A DNA stretch of 59,002 bases, the filler included, from Sphacelaria rigidula (Eukaryota): assembly GCA_964200075.2 (NCBI GenBank). It is 6 parts of 6 records of this genome, joined end to end, with 100 filler letters (N's around TTAATTAATTAA, not from the genome) between each part and the next. Parts side by side here need not be neighbours in the genome. Positions count along the whole stretch, not along the records: positions 1 to 9,752 come from CAXNAA020007841.1; positions 9,853 to 19,603 come from CAXNAA020007842.1; 4 more parts are not named here. One strand, written 5' to 3'. How positions within the stretch are numbered: the first letter of the stretch is position 1; every line of letters begins with the position of its first letter. Under the pieces are notes generated by a model. The model saw nothing but the letters and a program-made list of their open reading frames with translations, had not been told where the DNA came from and searched no databases. A program made the translations under genes and the position numbers. Of this stretch, positions 1 to 10,501 are shown piece by piece.

Positions 1-1174
1 CTTTCAGGAGTGGACAACACAAAAGTGATTTCTTCCACTTGTGCCACGACCCTGAGCCCATGGGGCCCATGAAGTAATTACTCTCCGAACCTGCCATCAC
101 CAAAAGGTGCGGGGTATGACATATACAGCCCAGCCGCACAGCGCGAATCGCTTTTTCTTCGTCAACGTCGTCTACATCATCCTCACTTGTTCACGATACT
201 CGACACATGTGTTGATTGTTTGAATATTCTCTGCTGCTTCGTTTTTGCGGAATGTGACTAAAAGGGTCAAGTGGGGTTGGTGTTGTGGGTGACGCCCGCA
301 ACAACTGCCACTTTTCGTGTTCTCAACTGCTGATTCTGAAAAGGACGGTGAATGTGGGGTGGAATGCAGTGGGCGTGTGCTTCCCGAGTGTCACAGCTAA
401 ACAATACAAGCACACAACAATACATCAGTGCAGTCGCCGGACGAACTACATTTTCGCAACATCGACCACTCGCAGGCTTGTGAATATGTCCTCAAGTTAG
501 AGTTCATTTCATATGAGCGAGGTCGTCATTCGGAGATGACGTCTACTGCATTTAAGATTGATACGATTGGCTCAAATACGGGTCATTTTTTCTGCATGGA
601 TGGTGGTCGGTCCATTTTATAGATATATAGTGCCCAAAATCGGGGCCCCATTCACCCCCATAACTGTCCCATTTGTAAACGAACTCGACTGCCTGTAGTC
701 ATGCTATGCATATAGAGACCGAACAATGAATGGAATACCTCAAAACAGTGGCTCAGTTGATTAAATCGAGCTTCTGCAGCTGCGCCATGTGAGAACACAC
801 AGGTCATCGAAAAATATGCAATACTGTCTGATCCCTGAAGAAACTCGAGCTGACATAGCTACGTATCGATGCATAGCATGAAAGCGCACAGTAACCTGTA
901 CATGAACTCGAGCCTTTGAAGCAATGCTATTTGAAAATAAACAGAACGACAGGATACCTCCATACAATCCCTGCGTGAACAATCTTGAGCTTGTACAGCA
1001 ATGCCGGTTTACGCATGAATACGAAGAATATAATCCCTCAACACGGTGTGTAAGAACATTAACTCGAGCTTCTGTAGCTGTGCTACGTACAAATACACAG
1101 AATACCGAACCTCTCTAAAGTACGACAACACCACCACCGACATGATGTGATAACCACGCTGCTTTTCCTCTCAC

Positions 1175-1288
1175 CGACGCAAGATGACATGTGTGATGAG
1201 CGGCCCCCCGCATTCTGGACATCTGGTATATCCTTAGGATTTTGACTTTTTCCGACAGTCCTTTCCTTGCGAGGTACTCCTCCACCCA
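1175..1288 (-). CDS. Exon 4 (of those seen) of TBL/PC-esterase-like SGNH-fold protein
   Basis: Acceptor ttactgcag, phase 0 with previous exon, donor tcg|gtgaga. Encodes WVEEYLARKGLSEKVKILRIYQMSRMRGAAHHTCHLAS, similar to the TBL LDITxLSxxRxDxH segment. Confidence 0.65.
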
Positions 1289-1576
1289 CTGCAGTAAACG
1301 AAACGCGACAAACAAGATCACACAATGCGTCACCGCATATGGCATGTATTGTTCAAAGGCACTGCTTTGGTCGGTGTAGGATTCAGGCTGAGTGAAGTTG
1401 GAGAGTTTGGACCTGAACGTTTGAGGAAAGATGCAAATCGATGTTTTCGAAGTCATCTTCAAAGTTGTTTCCTGTCTCTCTCTTTCTCTTACCCTGTCTA
1501 TTCAGAGTTAGGTCCATTTGACTACATTCCCTACAGAGAAACCCGTGCCTGTTTTCGAAGAATGCCCGAAAAATAT

Positions 1577-2032
1577 CACACGTCGGACATAACGTGATCC
1601 GTCTGATACATACTCCCTCTAGCGTACTAATGCAGATGATGATCTGGATCATTCGGAGCCCCTTTTCCATGTTCACTCCCTCGGTCGCCCCAGTGGCTCA
1701 GTTGGTAACCTTGGGCCCTTCTGACGGTTGGGTCGTGCGTTCGAATCTCGGAGAGACCTGGGATTTTTCCCCATACAATCCCCAACAGTGGAGAGCGACC
1801 ATGTCGTGGATACGCAAAAATTCGACTCAATGGTCGACGAGGCAAAGGGACTGCTGAACCCCTCTCGCGATAAAAAGAAAAGGCAAGCATCGCAGAGGGA
1901 AGGTTGAGAACGAAAATAAACAAGAGAGAAAAAGACCCCTGCGTTGGCGGGCTTTCCTCCTGTGTGACCCTGGTTGGTGCGCCCATATATACCGAAAGGT
2001 GTAGACCGGCGTCCAGATTAGATGGGACGGCA

Positions 2033-2093
<61 letters not shown>

Positions 2094-2244
2094 ACAGCGC
2101 TGGACGCCAAGCACACCGAGTAGCAGAAAGATTGAGCTTTGGCTTGTCTGACTCCGCGGTCACATATATTGCGTTTTTGGGACAAACGGGTCCGAGAGTA
2201 TTTTATTAGTTATTGTGGACGGATCATGATCTGTCCGACGTGTG
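1577..2244. repeat. Diverged inverted repeat pair (CACACGTCGGACA...) flanking a SINE
   Basis: cacacgtcggacataacgtgatccgtc (1577) matches the reverse complement of gacggatcatgatctgtccgacgtgtg (ends 2244). Further inverted similarity between ~1408-1450 and ~2245-2284. Confidence 0.6.
1684..2090 (+). mobile_element. tRNA(Arg-TCT)-derived SINE with (AC)n tail
   Basis: A-box gtggctcagttggta, anticodon-like loop cttctga, B-box gttcgaatc, ~280-bp body and an (AC)28 tail at 2035-2090. A second copy of the head is at 29388. Confidence 0.75.
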
Positions 2245-4389
2245 AAAAGTATCGATTCGCACCTCTCCCCAAAACTCCAGGTCCTCACTCTGAAACCTTG
2301 AGCGGAATGTCCAAAATATGTGGATTCTCCATGATTTTCGTAAATCTCCCTCTTTTATTGCGGATATTTGCCTCCGTGTTTGTTCCGGCCATAACTTTTG
2401 AACGACAACTAGTTAGAGCCACAACATATATTGCTTTTCTCGCCCTGATGTCAGCTAAACGTGCACCGCTGTTCAGTGTAATCAGACAAGAATTCGAGGA
2501 TTTTGATGTATGTTTGAAAATCACCACCAACGGGTACCGATCTTTTCCCGTTTTTCGGTGTCCAGGGATACTCGTAGCTCAAATGGTAAAAATGCCAGGA
2601 TGGCCGATCAGAGCGCGCGGTGCATTTCAGATTGGCTATGCGGTTACAGCGAACCTACTCGTTGTACTACTTTTTGCAGATGTTCGTCCTTCTTGCGCTA
2701 GTGACACTTATTTATCTCAAGTAGTGGGACCACCTTGTACATAATTGCAAGATTGCGGTCTCCGGGTATGTGCAGGCAGCCCTGTGTGACGAGAATCCAA
2801 AATAGTCTCGCGCCCCGCGCCCCCTCCACGCTTTCCATGATAAAACCCGGTAGCATATTTACGTCAAGAAGTGACCGTCGATCACAGGAGGGCAATACCC
2901 CACAATGACGATGTTCTCGAAATGGGAAAGAACCTGTGAGCCATGCTACAATGGGAGGGGGGGGGGGGGGGCGGTGTTCGATTCCACGAAAAAATGTGCT
3001 CATAGATGTGTCAAACGGCCTAAAACATTCGCGGTGCGCTTGTATCTGGGTGTAAGTGGTGTACAGCAATATAAATGGGCGTTATCTATCGGGAGCAAGC
3101 GCGTTCGAACTACTGTAGGCTGCTTTCAAAAACGACAACCAATCAAGGGTCGGACGAATTGATGATTCGTCTGGAAATTACTTGATTTAGTGTAAGTGAT
3201 TCGTACGGAACGAATCAGCCCTCACGCTTTGTTTTCAGCGTTGAAACCCAGGTACGCGTAGCCCAGGAACGTGGAATGGCACGAAAATTGCGTGGAGACC
3301 TCTCTGACCAGCGGTCAACTTTCTTGTCTTTCTTGAGCGATCGGACCGGCGAGGATTCGTCCGAACCGTGCGACCAATCGAATCAGTATGTCAATATATC
3401 AATAGACCAGTCAATTCATGGTGAAGACACTGATACACGACCGGCACATTAGGCGGCCTTTGCGGCTTGAATTACCGACAATTCAGAGGAGTATAGTTTT
3501 CTGGTTTATCAGATCGTCCGACATCAAAGGTAAACCTATGTAAGCCGGAACAATGCGATGAGAGCGGAGCTGCCGCAGAAGTGCTGACCCAGTGCGCGAT
3601 GAATACGTACAAGGTAAAAATAAAGGTGAGTTGATAACTTCCCATACGGATACATAGCAGGCTCGTTCCGAGAGAGACGGGGGAGGGATCAAGAGTAATC
3701 TTCTGTGGCTCGAACCTGCGCTTCTCCCTATAACTTCATTGTTTCGCAGGTGAAGTTCATTGGTTAGTTCTGAGCATGCTTGAGAAAAGGCCGCAGGCCC
3801 TCGGTACGGTTCTACCTCGAGTCAGCTGCAAAACTGTCTCGTATGATATCATCCGCTGGGCCTGTGCATTTTAGGGAAAGGAGGCGGACTTCGCAGTTAC
3901 GGTGTTCGTACACTGCAGAGTAATGTATCGGCAACTGCCTCGAGCTTTTATTTGTCCCAGTATACTGTAGCCTGGTTCTTGCTCCTAAATACAATCGTAG
4001 GCCAGGTGGCTATCACGAATTGATTGCGCTCGGACGTGAAGGTAGAAGCTGCCACACACTTTTTGTTTTACAAGTGCGACAATCAATCAATCAATCAATC
4101 AGGACACAGACGGGTAAGAAATATAGTACATAATGCATCAATACCTATTTCTCCGCACACGTGCTTGGGTGTAATTTTCTCGCACAAACACCACTGGAGA
4201 ATGACTTCGCCAACTTTTCCCTCACGACGCTGTGATTCGAATCTTGCTTCTCTTCGCTACTCTCGAGCATAACCCTCGTCCTGTGAAGTAGGAGGGGGGC
4301 GTACTCATTTGTTGATTGCCTTCGTCGTTTGACCATTGACCACGCATCCCTTTCGAGACGGTAGAGTAAGAGGGGGGGGGATATTGATT

Positions 4390-4804
4390 TACACGTCGGA
4401 CAACTGAACTCAGGGTGACTCGAGTTAACTCTTTTCCCCATAACTCGCTTGTGAGCTATAGCAACATGACTCAGCGGTGCAAATTCTGATTTCCAGAGGT
4501 GTGAGTTAAAGAAGACAACTCTGAGGTGCGGTATATTCTGGCCGGGTGAGACATGAGAGATAACTCAGCGGTGCGCGTGCTGGCCTGGTGAGTTATATAG
4601 GACAACTCAGTGGTGTATATTCTGGTCAGGTGACTTTTAGAAGATAACTGCGCTGTGCATATTCTGGCTGGGTGAGTTGTAGAAGATAACTCAGCGGTGC
4701 AGATACTGGCCGGGTGAGTTATTGAAGATAAATCAGCGGGGCCTATTTTCGGCCGGTGAGCCATACAGCATAACTGAGTTAACTCATGAGTTGTCCAACG
4801 TGTG
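4390..4804. mobile_element. Non-autonomous TIR element (CMC/Chapaev-like) filled with ~39-bp minisatellite
   Basis: Termini tacacgtcggacaact / agttgtccaacgtgtg, 4-bp TSD GATT on both sides, ~8 internal units like gataactcagcggtgcagattctggccgggtgagtt. Confidence 0.7.
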
Positions 4805-4939
4805 GATTGATCGAAGCGAGCAAGCAAGAAAACTAGAAGGAAACAAGAGGGAAGAAGGCGGGAAAAGGCTCACTATTATAAAAATTATCTCGTGAGTGGT
4901 TTGCATGAGCCAGCAGCCAACTTTTACTGGATCATTTGT

Positions 4940-5330
4940 CAGACCTCGGAAATGGTTTGTCTAACCATAAACCAGTTGAATGGTTACGCGTAGCGCTCAT
5001 CAACCAGTAGAATGGTACATGAAATGGTTTAGTCATCAAGCGGAGCAGCAGCGAGCCAAAACCCCCCCCCCTGGCAGAGGGGGCCCCGCGGGAGACGCCG
5101 TGCCGGAGGCACGTTTTTACGCGATTTGGCTCCACTATAGCTATAAAATGCGTTAAAAATGGGGCAGTTTTCAAGGGCTGCATGTAGCATACGTAGCCAG
5201 TAACGGCTCATAAAGCCGGTGATGGTGAATAATGATTTGAAACCATTATACAAACTTTCTTGTAACCATTACCATTATTACCATTATAATGATGATGGCC
5301 ATTTATAACTGGTACCATTTCCGAGCTCTA
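4940..5330. mobile_element. hAT-like MITE
   Basis: TIRs cagacctcggaaatggt / accatttccgagctcta, subterminal aatggt/accatt motifs; no intact TSD. Confidence 0.55.
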
Positions 5331-5526
5331 GTGACTGTACTCATGATGACAGCACACGTACTTGACATATGCACAGGCCCACCTACTGTATCTGTAATGC
5401 GCGAAACCTCATCCCAACCCACCCGCGCTTGAGAGGTTCAAATGGAGTACAGCATTCCAAACAAGGTACTGTAGTACATGTAGCACCGCGCCAAAACTTA
5501 CAGGATGCAAGACGTACTTTACTGAC

Positions 5527-5653
5527 CTGATTCCGGTGGTCGACGCTTGGAGGAGTTCCGGTGCAGCAGACGTTCTTATTATTGAAGATCGGCATACGCT
5601 GGAAGCTGTCGTACGATCCATTCGCCGACGGGAAGTGTGAAGGTGACATTTCT
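5527..5653 (-). CDS. Exon 3 of TBL/PC-esterase-like protein
   Basis: tctgcag|A GAA ATG... cag|gtcagt. The splice rebuilds VVWREMSPSHFPSANGSY, matching the TBL VFWRTxSPxHF motif. Confidence 0.8.
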
Positions 5654-6019
5654 CTGCAGATGTAGGGTTGTGTGCGGAAGCAAGGCCGTTCCACATCACC
5701 GCGTCATTGCACTGATGGCTGCTAGACGGTTTGGTCGAACGGTTTTCATACGAACTCTTTGTGCATATATGCGAAATGACTATTACAGTGAAGAAACACC
5801 GTAAAACGTGAACACCCGGCTCTTGCAGAATGATCTGCTTAGACTGTAATCGTGCTGCACATTTTGTTTTACACCTGTACGTACATGCGTGTGTACCGTC
5901 GCCTTGATGATGCTGTATCTGCTGACGACCACCCGCGCACAAGCTAAATTGGCCATTGGCACGCTCCTATTGCTAAGAGGCGTCAGTGAACGGATCACCT
6001 AAACTCCCCAAAACTCTTT

Positions 6020-6215
6020 CTTCACCTAGGACCCCAACGTGTCGGTTATCAGCATCCAAATTTGTACGGCGTGTAGTAGTTGTCGGTAGCTACGAGTAGG
6101 TGAAGGAATAGAACCATATTTCGAAGATTTGGCGTGGATACCAAAATTTTAATTCTGGGTTCTCATCTTCCATGAAAAGCTCCATCCTCAATTTCGGTGA
6201 TCGGCTGTTCTACGT
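6020..6215. repeat. Half copy of the foldback element at 18630-19090
   Basis: Aligns by eye to ~18890-19085 (ttcgaagattt...aaagctccatcctcaatttcggtgatcggctg). Confidence 0.7.
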
Positions 6216-7104
6216 GTGGCTACGACATGAGACGCGGACCGATCCATAGATAGCGTGACGACTCGATAGTCCCCAGACATCATAATACCACGGTGATACT
6301 CTGTTCCTTCGCTACCGCATTATTCGAGCAAATAATGCAATTGAATATATATTTCAGAGGGTACGGCGTGGTTTCACTCACGACCTTTGAACTTTCCGCA
6401 AACAAAAGCATCTGTAGCGATGAATTCAAGCGTCTATTGCAATGACAAACAGGTAGGCTTTTGTTTTTTATGCGCAGGTATAATGTCGCATAAAACGGGA
6501 TTTTGCGCATAACCTTGTGCGTTTTGTAAGCAACACACGTTTTTGGAGATTTCAGCATAACAAAGGCATAAACGCTAAGCTTTACTCGTACATTGGCGCA
6601 TAGAGTACTCCGACGGGATTGTGCACCCTATGCCCAGCAGCTAGTAGCTACCCACGGGTGCTCCATGTGGCATGGTTCGTAGAGTCCTGGCATTTGTGTT
6701 CGGAGTTTTTTTTTAACTTTGTTGCGGGTCTGATATCGGTTATTGTGCTATATGTGAACCACTTTATGTTTATGTGAAACTGATGAAAACAAAATGTGTC
6801 AGATTTCACATCAGACGTAGGATTTTGCTTTTTGTGCGCGTTTTTGTTCATGCTGGAGGAAGGTACGTTCCATGAGGGGTGCCGCCACCGACCGCCTCAA
6901 GAAGGATGCGAAAAGGCGCTCAAGTCGTGCATGTTTCATGTCACCAAAATACGCATAAATCGGCGCAGAATTGCCACTTTTGAGGATGAGAAAAAAATAA
7001 ATTAAACGCGTAAAAAAATAAAAAATACGCATAGAAAGCAAAAGCCTACAAATAGCAGCGGAAACAAAATCACAAAAAATGAAGAATAACATGGCGGAAC
7101 GGAC

Positions 7105-7278
7105 CTCCATACGACCGTAGCCTTGTCAGCCAGCTCGCCCATGTAGTCCAAGACTGGCGCAATCTCGCTCCGGAACAATTCCTCCTCCTCGGGCGTGTCG
7201 TGGTAGTGCGCACCGAAATTGACGACGAAGACGTCGGAAGGCCGTGTTTCGTTGAAGTCTGCGACGGCTCGTCGAAGC
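7105..7278 (-). CDS. Exon 2 of TBL/PC-esterase-like protein
   Basis: Phase-2 splices on both sides. Encodes LRRAVADFNETRPSDVFVVNFGAHYHDTPEEEELFRSEIAPVLDYMGELADKATVVW (DVxVxNxGxH motif). Confidence 0.8.
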
Positions 7279-7831
7279 CTTGCCATAATAAACCATGGAT
7301 CAGAACGAAGCACAAAAGTGAGCATAAAAAAGATTAGAAAGAAGAAAATGGCATGTGCGCGTTGACTACATGGCCCGCTTATTGTGCCCTCACTCGTCGT
7401 GAGAACAGGGCGGCAAACGTACATGGCGATGCAACAAAAGGCAGCAGGACTTCAGAGGGGTGTTTTTCTTCCCCCAGCACCCGACTGAGAAGCGGAATGT
7501 CCGAGAAGCCAGAGGTTTGTGTATTGAAAGAATATCTGGATCCCGGTCTGATGCGCAGAGTGCATTATAACCTGTAGAGATCAATCATATTTTTTCGTAT
7601 TTCCTTTTTTCGAGTCTGTTTTTTTCAGCAAACGTTTCCGTGCTGTCAACCTCGGGTACGTGTGTCCTGTGACCACGGCTGTATTTCTCGGCGATTAGTG
7701 TACAATAATGGGACATATATGCAACAACAAACCGTTGAAACATCAATTACTCCTACTCTGTTTTGGACCAATCGATGCATCAACCGACTTTCCAGTCACA
7801 TCCATCACATCCATCACACAGCATGACTCAC

Positions 7832-8311
7832 CACTCGTCGTTCGCGGGGGTAGGGAAGAACCTCATGTGCACCGAGGTCCCGCTATTATCCCTCAAAAAC
7901 AGTTTCACCCCGGAACCCTCTGTCAACCGTCGGGGGTGGTCATCCTTCAAATCTTCCGAGTTTTCCGACATTTCCAAAGCTTCAGACATCTCCCGCGGGC
8001 TGTCCTCCCAATCCAAAAACTGTTCGTCCGTCCCCTCTGCCTGTTCTAGCCCCCCCAATACACAGCCGTCCTCATGCACATTGTTTCTCGAGAAACTCAT
8101 GTACTCCTCTTGTTGTTGAGCGCCATGCTGCCGCAAATGGCGGCTGGGGGGTGTTTGTTGTGCGCCGTCTGGAACCTCTAGACCCTCCTTTCCCGTGCCC
8201 ATGGCTACGCTGAATTTCTTGGATCGCGTGGCGCGTAGCTTCTCGTTGAGCATCTCCCTGGGCACCGGGCGATAGAACTGATCCGCAAATAAGTCGAAGC
8301 AGCGTTCGCAC
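7832..8311 (-). CDS. Exon 1 (of those seen) of TBL/PC-esterase-like protein, acidic low-complexity region
   Basis: cacag| acceptor, TG|gtgagt donor, 480-nt open frame (CERCFDLFADQFY...FFPTPANDEW) that splices in frame to the next exon. Confidence 0.7.
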
Positions 8312-9752
8312 CTGTGCGTGTGGTGTGATAAACACACAAGTGTGTTCAAGTGTGGATAGTGCCGACGGTGCCGAAAACAATAAATCATCGTTCGACTGGC
8401 TGTATACTGTATTTTTTGTCAAGGTGTCAGTTTGCGTCCCGTGTAGGTTGTACAAATGCTGCTCCTGCGGCGGAAAAGAGCTGGCGAAAATTTAGTATCG
8501 ATCGGTTGACCCTTTCGACGCCACATGACAGACGGTACTGGTGGACCCTAGGGGAGGCACCGGTTAAGTATGAAGAACAGGCAGCACTCAGGTTTCAACA
8601 CGCGATGAGTTGGGACCGGCATTCTTGTTCTCGTGCTGGCTTCCGTACTTACTTTTGCTTTACTCTGTTTTCGGTTTGTCTTTTTCACTGCCAAGTTCTT
8701 GTTCATATTCGTCAGTTTCTTTGCCTCGGCTACTCCAGTGATGTTCGTATGTACTGTACGCAGCATAATATGAGCACATATTAGGGGCACCTTGACTTTT
8801 GACACCAGCGCCTTCTCAACTCGGCTTGAGTTTTCACGTATACTACACGAGATTTAGTCTTCCATATGAAGTGATTTGTCATCAAAATGCATGTCCTTGC
8901 AACTCCGAGAAGCCTAATTCTGACCCCGCCACTGTCAGAAGGTTAATATAATAGCAATGATATACAGTAGTACGATTTTCAATGTTCCTTGTGCTGTCGA
9001 GTCCGATTGTCCTTCTGAAATCCGACGGTGTTGTCTCCAGCGCAAAGCACGTGATACATGCATAAATATGCAACATAATACACACAGACGGCTGTAGCTC
9101 CGGGGTTCCCGGCGTGAAACGCCAGCCTACTATACCATTGCGAAGAGAGAACTGAACTTGAAACCTTCTGAGGGCGCCGGGTCGCATTTCGGAACACTTC
9201 TGCGGGTCGAGCTTGACCGACGGCAACCCCGACGATAAAGCACACCGGCTCTTCCCAGTCTGGGGTACCACCACTACTGCGAACACATGGTGTATTAGCT
9301 GTAGTGCCTGGTGACCAGCCCCTAGCTCATCTAATGCAACTATCACTTTTTTTTCACTCTGGCCGCGAAGCAGTCATTCTTCATTTTGGTCCATGACTTC
9401 CAATGTACCACTACCTGTATTGTTTCTTGTGCACGATTGCACCCAAAGTGAAGATTCCACCAAAGGGTTGAACCGATCAAAGAAATGGACCTACTTGTCC
9501 GTATCAAGTATGGGTGGACATGCATGGCCACGTGCAACGGAGATGGTCCTTTCCCGCCCTCACCCCGATCGCAGTCACACGATAGGAATAATGGAAAGAG
9601 GGAGACGCTCCCATACAGAGAGCAAAAACGAAAAGTTTTTTTGATAAATCGCAGAATATGCAGTCTACCAATGAGCCATGGTGGGGGGTGTACTCATGAT
9701 CATGCATGCCATAGTCATAAGACCATTGACCTCGCATCCCTACAAAGCAGGG

Positions 9753-9852
9753 NNNNNNNNNNNNNNNNNNNNNNNNNNNNNNNNNNNNNNNNNNNNTTAA
9801 TTAATTAANNNNNNNNNNNNNNNNNNNNNNNNNNNNNNNNNNNNNNNNNNNN
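9753..9852. other. Artificial contig linker
   Basis: N44-TTAATTAATTAA-N44 (stops in all frames). Confidence 0.98.
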
Positions 9853-10109
9853 CACAAGTGGCGGGCGGCGGTCGCCACATCCTGTTGAAGCTCTCCATCG
9901 CGACTGACACTGCTTGATACATCTGTAAATTGCCTGATGCGCACAACACCCGAATTATAGAACAGACAGTTTGTATCTGAAAATAGGTTGGATACAACTT
10001 TCGGTCTTCATCTAAGCCTGCCGTTACATACATTCGTTGATTTTCAGCAACATTAAGCCACTGTTTCATGCATATGCAGGACACGTCATTCCTAACCAGC
10101 CTCGTTGGT

Positions 10110-10140
10110 CGTTCTGGAGGTCCAGTCCCAAAAGGGTTAA
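10110..10140 (-). mobile_element. piggyBac-like terminus
   Basis: TTAA|CCCTTTTGGGACTGGACC on the minus strand; near-identical ends at 30220 and 43289. Confidence 0.55.
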
Positions 10141-10249
10141 GCCCTTGCGAGGTCCCACACCAAATTTCAATACACAAACATCAAACGTGGGCCGGTGAAT
10201 GGCTTGCAAAATACTGTTCCGAATTTTCCAGTGACCCGCTCACTCAATG

Positions 10250-10501
10250 GCCCGTTCTCACCTCAATGTTTAGAGTTGATCCCTGAAACTTGGTATGAAC
10301 AATAAATGAGGCATCATTGAAAAGCGCAAAGCCAGACCCTACGACATAGAGGCCATAATTGCTTTTCAGATCTCAGTAAAATGCCGTTAAATCATGAAAA
10401 AAAAAAAACTCGAGTTCGGCTTTCCATTTTTGAGTTGTGCCCTTTTCATTGTCCATACCAAATTTCAGGGGCCAATTTTAAACACTGAGGTGAGAATGGA
10501 C
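10250..10501. mobile_element. Hairpin MITE with ~90-bp inverted arms
   Basis: cccgttctcacctcaatgttt...ttggtatgaacaat... is inverted relative to ...attgtccataccaaatttcagggg...gaggtgagaatggac. Confidence 0.65.

Noticed and set aside
1..500. Terminal DxxH exon of the TBL-like gene
   Set aside because: No frame gave the DCxH motif with a valid acceptor; it is probably beyond the contig start.
1684..1757. Functional tRNA-Arg gene
   Set aside because: The acceptor, D and T stems are imperfect, there is no oligo-T terminator directly after, and it continues into a SINE body with an (AC)n tail.
4440..4790. CRISPR array (also considered at 13310-13680)
   Set aside because: Units are head-to-tail degenerate repeats with no unique spacers; no cas genes; eukaryotic DNA.
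9797..9808. TTAATTAATTAA as a biological piggyBac footprint or regulatory site
   Set aside because: Identical in all five N-flanked spacers, so artificial.
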